From Deltaproteobacteria bacterium (GTDB lineage Bacteria > Myxococcota_A > UBA9042 > DTJE01 > S145-11), in the NCBI GenBank assembly GCA_015493765.1, contig WGCQ01000014.1:1-58171 (forward strand): a DNA stretch of 58,171 nucleotides. The letters run 5' to 3'. The translations under genes and the position numbers were made by a program. This document shows, in pieces, positions 46,310 to 54,818 of the stretch. The notes under the pieces are model-generated. The model saw nothing but the letters and a program-made list of their open reading frames with translations, searched no databases and was not told the DNA's origin. Position 1 is the first letter of the stretch; each line of letters begins with the position of its first letter.

Positions 46310-49300
46310 ATGGCATCAGGAACACAGGCCAGGGCCATAGAGGTAATCAAGGCGAATAACGGAAAAATCACCCTGCCCGCATTGACCGCACAGATGGACA
46401 CGGACCGCATGAGCGCACTTCAGGCGTTAAAGGCCCTGATGAGGCGCTACCGGTGCAACCTGCTGGTCACGGACGACGGGGATATCATCTATGATTTCGG
46501 CAGGAATTTCAGGGCTGCTGAACCTTTTGTCAGCCTGGTGAGAACCTATGTTGCCACGTCATTCATCACGCTGTGGAAGGTGGTGGAGACATGGATGTTG
46601 TACGTGGTGTGGACCATAGTGGGCAGCATACGCCGAATTACTCCTGTCATAGGCATGGTATTCATGGGTCCGGGGGGATATATACTGGGGAGACTGCTGG
46701 AAAACGACAATGTGGATGATCCCGGCGGTGATGATGATGTCACGGACGCGGATCGCAAGCTGGCTGACATGGCCACGCCGCAGCCCACCAGGCGGGTCTG
46801 GGAATTTCCCATGCCTGACCCCGACATCTCCGGTAAGTACCCGTTTAAATCACGGCTGTATGCCGAGTTTGACAACCTGAAGCACTGGCGTTTGCCCAAG
46901 CACCACCGGGACCGCCTGTTCATGGCCTACGTCAACCGGGTGGGCGGCCTGGTTACACCCATGGAGTGGGCAATGCTGTTCGATACGGACCTGCGAGAGG
47001 CGGAGGACCGGATTACAAAATTGTACGCGGAATACGACGCGGATGTAAAGGTCAGCGACACAGGGGAACTGGTATTCGATTTCACCAAGGCCCTGGGCAA
47101 GGACTACGGGCCGGAACCCGTGCCCCGTTTCTACGAGATGATATTCCGGCGCCAGGTGGTAAAGTCCTCGACCAGATTGCCCCTGTACTCTTATGTGCTG
47201 TTGACGCTATTCTCTTACCTGCTGTTTATGCTCGTATTTGTGTTGCTATACCTTTTCCCTCACAGTATCGACACAGGGATAGGGTCCTTGGTTCTTATTT
47301 TATTGGGTCCGGCCATTTTCAATCTAATAAGTCAATATGCCATAAACGAAAATTTTCGTGTACTGTTGTTGGGCTCCATGATGATTCTTCCCCTGTTGAT
47401 GAGCGGAATACTGGCCATATTCCGCCAGGGTTTGGATTTCAGCCACATTGCTTCTCTTTCCATGGGTGGATTCCTGGCCCTGTGGTACGGAGGCGCATCC
47501 CTCGGTTTCTTTTACATGTTGCTTGAGGTCTCTTTGTTGATAAGACTATTGAGACGGCGGGACCTGTGGTTCAGGGTGGCCATGCACGGGTACCTGGTTA
47601 CCCACGATTACCGTATTCCTGCAGATCCAAGCGAGGCGGCCGCGGAACTGAATAAACTCACGGCTTTCAAGGTACCTGTGCCAAAGGACAAGGAATTCAC
47701 CCGGGCCATTGCCGCGCTGGGTGGGGAACTGGCCGCACCCGATGACCCGCAGGCGCCTGCATTCTTCGTGTTCGACCGCCTGAAGGCGCAGCAGGCCGCA
47801 GTCAACACAATCAAGCCTGCACATGCCCCGGGCGACCAAAAGGTGGTCTATGAAAGCGATGACACGGATGCAGCGGCACCCACAACTGGCTACGGCAAAA
47901 AGATAGCAGCCGGTATCGTGGCCGCTGTGGTGGCATCTGTGATAGCCACTGTGGTAACCGCTGTGGTAACCGCCCTGGTGTATGGTTTGGCCTTCATTGT
48001 TTTTCATATAGGCCGGAATCTTATTTATGAATACAAGGACTACAAGGACATCCAGAAACTTGACCAAGAAATCCAGGCCCAGGATGACAAGTACGAAAAA
48101 TTATGCAAAAAAGGAAGTGGTAGTGCGTGTCTGGAGTTGGCCAGTTACCCGGACGGCCTTGACACCTATATTGACAGGGGAAAGTTATTCAAATACTCCT
48201 GTCAGACGTGTGTGCGCGGGGATGCTGATGGCTGTGACGCTTGCGACATTTTATTTCAAAAGTTACACCCGAATGACAGGGCCATTGCCAGGCGGCTGTG
48301 TAACCAGGGTTTCGCATTGATGTGTACCCGGCTGGGGCTTTTGATGGATGCTGGTAAGGGTGGACCGAAGGATACAAAAGGCGCCTTGAGCATCTACAAA
48401 AAGGCGTGCGATATGGGTGAAGCCGTGGGTTGTTTTGACCTTGCAATCGATTTGGCGAAAGGTGATGGGGTGCCTAAGGACCTGAAGAGGTCATGGTCCT
48501 GTCTTTCAAAGTCATGCTGGATGGGGTTTCAAAAGTCCTGTAACGTAATGAAAGTATTTGTAAAAGACGAGATAACGGATACCGCACTGGCTGAAACCCT
48601 GTGTTACGCGGGATATGCGGATGCTTGCAACAAACTGGGCGATATACTGAAACGGCGGGGCTCACAAAATCCTGCCATTCAGGCCTATGCACGGGGATGC
48701 GACCTGGGAAATGCCGAATCATGCCTGCATGCGGCCGAATTGCTGGGATCGGGCCGGGACATGAAGCACCTGACAACGGCGCTGCTTTACTATGGCAGGG
48801 GCTGCGATTCAAAGAAATCCAAATTGTGTGACAAGCACAAGGGCTTTATAGCCCGCCACAGGTCGGCAATCATGCGATTGTGCGATTCATTGGATGACGC
48901 CGGTTGCCTGAGTGTGGCCAGGGGATTAAAGGCGAATTTCCCGGGACTTGCAGTGAAGGCGTACCGCAGGTCCTGCAACCTGGGTGACCCAAAGGGCTGT
49001 TACGAACTGGGCAGTATGCTGGAGGGCAAAAGAGCACACAAAAAAGAGGCATGGGAGGCCTATTTAAGGGCATGCGAGAACAAATACAAGGATGCCTGCG
49101 ACAAACTGGCTGATATGCTGGAAAAACCACCTGACAGGGCGTTTGCAAAGGGCCTGTGCAATCAGGGAAAGCCCGAATTTAGACCGGCAATTTGGGGGAA
49201 GGCATATGCCTGTACAATCATGGGCCAGATGTGGCAGTCGGGCAAGGGCGGGCCCAAAAACCAGGAAAAGGCCAGGGCCTTTTTCAAGCGGGCGTGCAAC

Positions 49301-50935
49301 ATGGACTTCGGTCAGGGTTGCATGTTACTGGGGGACAACCTTAAAGGCGACATGGCATGGACCTACCTGTCCAGGGCATGCGAACTGGGCGTTGATGAGG
49401 CGTGTGAAAGAATTTTGGATATGGGCAAAACGGTGGGTAAGGGCCGGAAAGTGGCGCAACTGTTGTGTGAGCAGGGTAAGGCGCGATACTGTTACGAACT
49501 GGGCAGGATGATGGAAAAGGGCAAAGGCGGCCCAAAGGATATGGCAGGTGCAATGGCCGGGTATGACCTGGGGTGCCGCCAGGGGCATTTGAATAGTTGT
49601 GTGCGACTTGCCAAGGGCCTGGTGGGGATGGGTAAGGCATCGGGCCGGATGAAATACCTGGTAAAGGCCGCAAAATTGTATGAAAAGGCGTGTAAGCACG
49701 AACAGGGACCGGGCTGTGACCTGTTGCCATCACTGATGGAAGACAAGAAATACGGACGTACACTGGACAGCAATCTATGCAAACAGGGGGACCCATTCGC
49801 ATGTAATGAGATGGGGGTGTTGATGGGACTCGGTAAATACGGCCCCAGGGATCTCAAGGGTGCCTTTGCCATGGTCAAGGAGGCTTGCAGGTTGGGCCTG
49901 GGATTGGGTTGTTCCAATGCGGCCGTCCTGCTGGACACCGATAACCATACCTCAAACAATGGCAAGGTTTTGGCTTTTTACATGAAGGCATGCGAAAGGG
50001 AGCACAAACAGGCGTGTAAAAAACTCAAGCGTGCGATCGATGACACAGACACGAACCATGTGTTCAGCAGGATATGTACCGAGGGAGGGTATGGGCCCGG
50101 CTGCAGGCGACTGGTATTATCCTTGAGCGCGGCAATAGGCGATGAACCCTATGCAAAAAAACTTGTTACCTGGTTTCAAAGGGCATGCGACCTGAAAGAC
50201 CCGGACGGGTGTTATTACCTGGCAAAGTATATACAGAGTAACGCAAGCAACGGGCCAGGCCTTGCAAGGGCCAGGCGGGTTTACAAAAAGGCATGCAATA
50301 TGGACAGTGCCAAGGCCTGTTTTCGCCTGGGTTGGATGATGGAGTACGGGGTCGGAGGTGGCAGGGACACGCAAAAAGCGATCCGGATGTATCACAAGGC
50401 ATGCCGGAAGGGGCAGGGGGATGCGTGTAAGGCCATGTACTTCCTGATGAGGACCCAGAAACAAGGCCGCAAGTGGGTACGGGCATTGTGTAAGGCAGGC
50501 GTCCCGGGGCTGTGTTACAAGGCAGGCTGGTGGATGTCCACGGGCCAATACGGCCCCAGGGACATAAACGGGGCGCTGACGATGTACAAAAACGCGTGCG
50601 CCGGGAAAGACGGTAAGTCGTGTTTCCAGGCGGCCCGTATCGTGCAGGCCACAGGCGGTCCGGATGCGATGAAAGCCGCATGGCAATTATATACCAGGGC
50701 ATGGAAATACAAGTACAAGCCTGCCCTGGCCGCGGCCTTCAAACTGCTGGAATCCGGCAAAGACGGTGCAATCCTGGCAACAGAACTGTGCAAACAAGGG
50801 GATGGCCTGGCATGCAGCGAACTGGCCTGGTGGCTGCAGAACAAGGTCTCCCTTGTGGACGCATCCATGGCCACATACAGACAGCATTGCCTGCTGGGCC
50901 TTGCCATAGGTCATAAAAACGTCTTGTGCCGGTAA
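46310..50935 (+). CDS. Giant membrane protein: N-terminal wHTH-like modules, polytopic TM region, then a ~950-aa array of Cys-bracketed Sel1-like repeats
   Basis: 1541 aa. Repeated N-terminal modules end in GDIIYDF / GELVFDF. Hydrophobic helices lie at about residues 70-130, 290-420 and 545-580. Then there are more than 20 repeats of the type C..G....C..LG.....GKGGPKD...A...YKKAC, which resemble Helicobacter Hcp-type SLRs. Confidence 0.8.
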   Translation: MASGTQARAIEVIKANNGKITLPALTAQMDTDRMSALQALKALMRRYRCNLLVTDDGDIIYDFGRNFRAAEPFVSLVRTYVATSFITLWKVVETWMLYVVWTIVGSIRRITPVIGMVFMGPGGYILGRLLENDNVDDPGGDDDVTDADRKLADMATPQPTRRVWEFPMPDPDISGKYPFKSRLYAEFDNLKHWRLPKHHRDRLFMAYVNRVGGLVTPMEWAMLFDTDLREAEDRITKLYAEYDADVKVSDTGELVFDFTKALGKDYGPEPVPRFYEMIFRRQVVKSSTRLPLYSYVLLTLFSYLLFMLVFVLLYLFPHSIDTGIGSLVLILLGPAIFNLISQYAINENFRVLLLGSMMILPLLMSGILAIFRQGLDFSHIASLSMGGFLALWYGGASLGFFYMLLEVSLLIRLLRRRDLWFRVAMHGYLVTHDYRIPADPSEAAAELNKLTAFKVPVPKDKEFTRAIAALGGELAAPDDPQAPAFFVFDRLKAQQAAVNTIKPAHAPGDQKVVYESDDTDAAAPTTGYGKKIAAGIVAAVVASVIATVVTAVVTALVYGLAFIVFHIGRNLIYEYKDYKDIQKLDQEIQAQDDKYEKLCKKGSGSACLELASYPDGLDTYIDRGKLFKYSCQTCVRGDADGCDACDILFQKLHPNDRAIARRLCNQGFALMCTRLGLLMDAGKGGPKDTKGALSIYKKACDMGEAVGCFDLAIDLAKGDGVPKDLKRSWSCLSKSCWMGFQKSCNVMKVFVKDEITDTALAETLCYAGYADACNKLGDILKRRGSQNPAIQAYARGCDLGNAESCLHAAELLGSGRDMKHLTTALLYYGRGCDSKKSKLCDKHKGFIARHRSAIMRLCDSLDDAGCLSVARGLKANFPGLAVKAYRRSCNLGDPKGCYELGSMLEGKRAHKKEAWEAYLRACENKYKDACDKLADMLEKPPDRAFAKGLCNQGKPEFRPAIWGKAYACTIMGQMWQSGKGGPKNQEKARAFFKRACNMDFGQGCMLLGDNLKGDMAWTYLSRACELGVDEACERILDMGKTVGKGRKVAQLLCEQGKARYCYELGRMMEKGKGGPKDMAGAMAGYDLGCRQGHLNSCVRLAKGLVGMGKASGRMKYLVKAAKLYEKACKHEQGPGCDLLPSLMEDKKYGRTLDSNLCKQGDPFACNEMGVLMGLGKYGPRDLKGAFAMVKEACRLGLGLGCSNAAVLLDTDNHTSNNGKVLAFYMKACEREHKQACKKLKRAIDDTDTNHVFSRICTEGGYGPGCRRLVLSLSAAIGDEPYAKKLVTWFQRACDLKDPDGCYYLAKYIQSNASNGPGLARARRVYKKACNMDSAKACFRLGWMMEYGVGGGRDTQKAIRMYHKACRKGQGDACKAMYFLMRTQKQGRKWVRALCKAGVPGLCYKAGWWMSTGQYGPRDINGALTMYKNACAGKDGKSCFQAARIVQATGGPDAMKAAWQLYTRAWKYKYKPALAAAFKLLESGKDGAILATELCKQGDGLACSELAWWLQNKVSLVDASMATYRQHCLLGLAIGHKNVLCR

Positions 50936-51046
50936 ATGCGTATCCTTACGATGTCATACATGAAAGTAATCGTCTTTATCCCCTAAAACCTGTTTTCCAC
51001 TGTGTAAAATTTCTGTATTTAGACCGTTAATTTGGGAAATCAGGTC

Positions 51047-52078
51047 TTACAAGGCCCTGGTGTGGCAAATGCGGCACATCTTGCTGTTGATCTTTGCAGA
51101 GGACTTGTTGCGCCACTTCCATGACGGCGGGTGCGGGTCGATCCCGCCTGTTGCATGGCACCTGACGCAATTCGATTTTGCCCCACGGTCGTGGCATGCG
51201 GCGCAGCGCAGGATATTCGCCCTGGCAGCGGGACCGTGCGACTGGACCCAGCCGGCAGGATGCGGGTCCTGCAACAGCCCCTGCGCGGTACGGACCCCCC
51301 GTTTTTCATGGCAATCCACGCAGTAAGTGCGGCTGTGGCACTTCATGCAGGACTGGGGGTTGCGCCGTGCATCGAAGCGGTGCCTGGTCTCGTAGTTGCC
51401 CCGGTGGACCAGGTTCATGCCCACCCGCTGCGGAAACTTCAATTCCGGCTTCAGGCGCGTGCTCTTGGCGTGGCAGTCCGTGCAAAAATGACGGTCATGG
51501 CACTGGACGCATGTCTTTTCACCACCAGGCGCCACCGTATGCTTTCCGGTGATCAGAATATCCCTGTGTGCGTATTCCGCCACCCGCCTGGGCGGCAGTT
51601 TCGCCATGTCCTTGTGGCACCTGGTGCACCTGGAGCGGGCCAGGTCCTGCCTGTGCACGTGGCATTTCATGCACACCACGGCCTGGTGGCCTGTAAACGG
51701 GCGGTGCTTCAGGTCCTTGCTGATGTTTGCATGGCAGGTCAGACAGCCGTTTTTGACGCGTTTCATGTGCTTTGCGTGCGAAAAATGAAACCTGCTGGCC
51801 TCCTGTTTCACCGGGACCGCCGCATCCGGGTTGGAATGGCACATCTTGCAGTTGTCCTGCTGGTCTTCGTGGCAGGTCAGGCACTGCGACATCCGGGGCA
51901 ACGCCGCCTTTGCCGCACTCTTGGCAGCGCCCTTGTGGCAGTCCGTGCACTCGGCCGCATCCATGTGCCGCTTGTGCGAAAAACGCAGCACGTCCCTTTT
52001 CACGTGGGTGGTGCTGCACGTCCAGTATATCACGGGCAGGCTTGCAATAAGGCAGATGCCGATGATACGCCCTTTCAT
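51047..52078 (-). CDS. Multihaem c-type cytochrome, 13 CxxCH motifs, N-terminal signal/anchor
   Basis: 343 aa. I counted 13 CxxCH motifs: CTDCH, CLTCH, CKMCH, CLTCH, CMKCH, CTRCH, CVQCH, CTDCH, CMKCH, CVDCH, CAACH, CVRCH and CRICH. The start overlaps the upstream stop by 4 nt. Confidence 0.9.
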   Translation of the reverse strand: MKGRIIGICLIASLPVIYWTCSTTHVKRDVLRFSHKRHMDAAECTDCHKGAAKSAAKAALPRMSQCLTCHEDQQDNCKMCHSNPDAAVPVKQEASRFHFSHAKHMKRVKNGCLTCHANISKDLKHRPFTGHQAVVCMKCHVHRQDLARSRCTRCHKDMAKLPPRRVAEYAHRDILITGKHTVAPGGEKTCVQCHDRHFCTDCHAKSTRLKPELKFPQRVGMNLVHRGNYETRHRFDARRNPQSCMKCHSRTYCVDCHEKRGVRTAQGLLQDPHPAGWVQSHGPAARANILRCAACHDRGAKSNCVRCHATGGIDPHPPSWKWRNKSSAKINSKMCRICHTRAL

Positions 52079-53334
52079 TTCTTACCTCCCGTTCCAAAGA
52101 AATAACTCAGCCGCAGTTCGCCCGAGGTGTCGTAGGCCCGGTAGGGGTCCCTGCGAAACATGCACACAGCGGCCACGTCGATGCCCACGGGGGACTGGTA
52201 ACCCAGCGAAACCGAGGAATAGACGTCGTAATCGACCCCTTTAACCGGGTCGTCGAAGTAGTCGAACTGCACGTCACCGGTCACACGCACCCGCCTGCGA
52301 AACCACCCGGGCCACCTGTACGACACGTAGGCCCTGGTACGGGTGTATCCATTGCGATAATCCCGGTACCTGCCAGCGTCCAGTCCCACGAAGTCGCCCG
52401 GCCCCCCGAACCCGTACCGAAAGCCCGCGTTGGCCGTGTATCCGTTCGATTCGCCCTTGAAGACGATGTAATCGAACGTACCCTTTATGGACCACCTCCC
52501 GACCCTGCCGCCCAGCATCAACCCCGCCCTGTGCTGGCCGTCGTCCGCGAACACGGAAAAGATGCTGGCCTTGGACAGAAACAATGACGGCACCAGGTAC
52601 TGGTAATTTAGGCCTATGTCAAATTGCGGATGCGGCCTGATCCCGATGTCGGCCGACACCTCCTGGACCTGTTGCGTGATGTCGTCGTACATGAATTCAC
52701 CGCTGATGTCCACGTATTTCGGTGCGTACCACGCCAGATCCGCGCCCAGCAGTTCCCGGGCGGCATCCCCGTCCTCCACCCGCCTGACGAACGACACGCC
52801 CACGTCGGTCAGGCCCCCGGCCCACAGCAGCCGGTCACCCAGCCTGCCGCCGAACATGTACGTATCCGCGCTGTCATCAAAGCCTTCTGTTACCGCGGCC
52901 CCGCCGAAGCCCTTGAACGTGAAACCACCGGGCCCGTCGTATTCGAACCTGCCGCCGTCCACCACGTCCCCAAAGGTCCCCGGGTCAAACAGCATCAGCC
53001 GGCCTCCCCGGATGTTGAACCTGCCTGCAGGGTCCTGGTATTCCAGGTACGCGATGTCCAAATCCCCCCAGCCACGGTGGTCGCCGCCCAGTTCGTACAG
53101 GTTGACCATGCCGTAGCCGCTGGCATACAGGTTCAAGCCCGGCACACCCAGGTCACGGGCCGTGATGTCCACGAATTCGTACATGGGCAGCCTGCCCGCA
53201 ATGCCCCCGTAGGCCTGCTCCGCATAACCCAGCCAGTAGGTGCGGCTGCTGATGTCCACGCCCTGGGCAAAGGCACTAACACCGCCCAGGCACAATACGC
53301 ACAACATGGCTGCACAACAAATATATCGTTTCAT
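52075..53334 (-). CDS. Porin-like outer-membrane beta-barrel protein embedded between two cytochrome genes
   Basis: 419 aa with the signal peptide MKRYICCAAMLCVLCLGGVSAFAQG. It has many alternating Y/F/G-rich strands (e.g. GFRYGFGG, VSYRWPGWF, ELRLSYFF) and no haem motifs. It overlaps both neighbours by 4 nt. Confidence 0.7.
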   Translation of the reverse strand: MKRYICCAAMLCVLCLGGVSAFAQGVDISSRTYWLGYAEQAYGGIAGRLPMYEFVDITARDLGVPGLNLYASGYGMVNLYELGGDHRGWGDLDIAYLEYQDPAGRFNIRGGRLMLFDPGTFGDVVDGGRFEYDGPGGFTFKGFGGAAVTEGFDDSADTYMFGGRLGDRLLWAGGLTDVGVSFVRRVEDGDAARELLGADLAWYAPKYVDISGEFMYDDITQQVQEVSADIGIRPHPQFDIGLNYQYLVPSLFLSKASIFSVFADDGQHRAGLMLGGRVGRWSIKGTFDYIVFKGESNGYTANAGFRYGFGGPGDFVGLDAGRYRDYRNGYTRTRAYVSYRWPGWFRRRVRVTGDVQFDYFDDPVKGVDYDVYSSVSLGYQSPVGIDVAAVCMFRRDPYRAYDTSGELRLSYFFGTGGKK

Positions 53335-54191
53335 TTCGACCCCCCGTTACCGTCGAACCTGCCGTTTATATGCAATGCAGGGTCGATTATGTGCAGGTTG
53401 TCATCGACCACTGCCTTATGACAGGATGCGCATTGCCTGTCCTGGGCATGGGGCTTGCCGTCCGGCGTCTTTTTGGGCGGCAAGCCGTGGCAATCCCCGC
53501 ATTTTACATGCATGGGCGTTGGCGAATTCCATTTTGCCTGCATCAGCCTGGACTCGGCAGGGTCCCAGCCATGACACATCACGTTTGCACACGTACCCTT
53601 TTTGCGGTCCCATTTGGGCTTGAACAGGCCGTAGCCCGTGGCGGCCGGCCCGAAGGACACCTCGGCGGGCAGGGGCGTGTCGTAGTGGCCCGCTGCCGGT
53701 TCGGCGTGGCATTGCGTGCACAGAAATCCGCGGTTGAACGGGTTTGCCTGGGTGTGCGACTGGTGGGCGCCCACGCCGATATAGGTTCGGCTGGTCTTGC
53801 CCAGGACCGACCGCGGTGGTGCCGGATTCCTTTTATTACCGTGACAGGTGTTGCAGGCCTTGGGGCTCTCCTTGTGGCAATTCATGCAGGACACCGGCCT
53901 TTGGTGAGGCATATCGTCCACATCCAGTTTTTTACCCGCGTGGCATTGGCTGCAACTGCTGTTGTCCTTGTCGCCGTCCAGGTCCTTGCCGTGGCACGTG
54001 GCGCAGACCCGCATGTCCCAGTGTGCATCCATGACCGCAAAGCCGTGGAATCCCTTTTCAAACGGCTGCATCCATTGCGGGTACGTGTGGGCAACCCGTA
54101 ACGTGGGGTTTGCATTGTTTCGAAACCTGCCGCACGCCCATTGGCCTGCCAGCAATAAAAACAGCAACAGGGGCAAATACTGTCTCGTCAT
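53331..54191 (-). CDS. Multihaem c-type cytochrome lipoprotein (7 CxxCH + 1 CxxxxCH)
   Basis: The ATG at 54191 gives MTRQYLPLLLFLLLAGQWACG, which is lipobox-like. The haem motifs are CATCH, CSQCH, CMNCH, CNTCH, CTQCH, CGDCH and CASCH plus CANVMCH. That combination resembles the Geobacter-type CxxxxCH...CxxCH paralog-family signature. Confidence 0.85.
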   Translation of the reverse strand: MTRQYLPLLLFLLLAGQWACGRFRNNANPTLRVAHTYPQWMQPFEKGFHGFAVMDAHWDMRVCATCHGKDLDGDKDNSSCSQCHAGKKLDVDDMPHQRPVSCMNCHKESPKACNTCHGNKRNPAPPRSVLGKTSRTYIGVGAHQSHTQANPFNRGFLCTQCHAEPAAGHYDTPLPAEVSFGPAATGYGLFKPKWDRKKGTCANVMCHGWDPAESRLMQAKWNSPTPMHVKCGDCHGLPPKKTPDGKPHAQDRQCASCHKAVVDDNLHIIDPALHINGRFDGNGGSK

Positions 54192-54322
54192 AGTCCTGCA
54201 CCCAAAGAGTCTATTATTTTGTAATAGATTCATGTGTAACTTGTCAATGATTAATCAGTCATAAACCCTGAAACCATACCAATCCCTGGCTTTTGTCATA
54301 AAATTGGGGGTGAGTAGTAGCA

Positions 54323-54693
54323 GTGGCCGTGGCCGAGTCCGTGGCCGTGGCCGTGGCCGTTGACCGTGTCCGAGACCGTTGACCGTGTCCGAGACCGTTG
54401 ACCGTGTCCGTGGCCGTTGACCGTGGCCGGGGTTTCCGGTTACGACGGAAGCCTTCCCGCAAGGCCCGCAGGGCCGTCCCGCGCAGCCGCAGGCTGCGTC
54501 CCGATGCCAGAGGCCCGAAGCCAGAATTCAGTGGCCGTGGCCGTTGACCGTGGCCGGGGTTTCCGGTTACGACGGGAGCCTTCCCGCAAGGCCCGCAGGG
54601 CCGTCCCGCCACCAGATGCCAGGAACCCGAGGCCGTTGGCCGAGTCCGAGTCCGAGTCCGAGTCCGAGTCCGTGACCGCGACCGTGACCGTGA
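54323..54693 (+). repeat. GC-rich mosaic repeat C3 (hexamer tracts plus two core copies)
   Basis: GTGGCC/GTGACC/GAGTCC/GAGACC hexamer tracts surround the core GGGGTTTCCGGTTACGACGGRAGCCTTCCCGCAAGGCCCGCAGGGCCGTCCCGC, which occurs at about 54429 and 54556. It lies in the divergent intergenic region between the cytochrome operons. Confidence 0.8.
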
Positions 54694-54818
54694 CGGGGGG
54701 CTTCGAGATTATGTATAATGAGTCATTGGTGAATAATCCATGATTCGTGTGACATTTGTCAATGAAAAATGATACATGAACCCGTATTCTTAATTACGGG
54801 CATGTGTTGGAGGCACAG

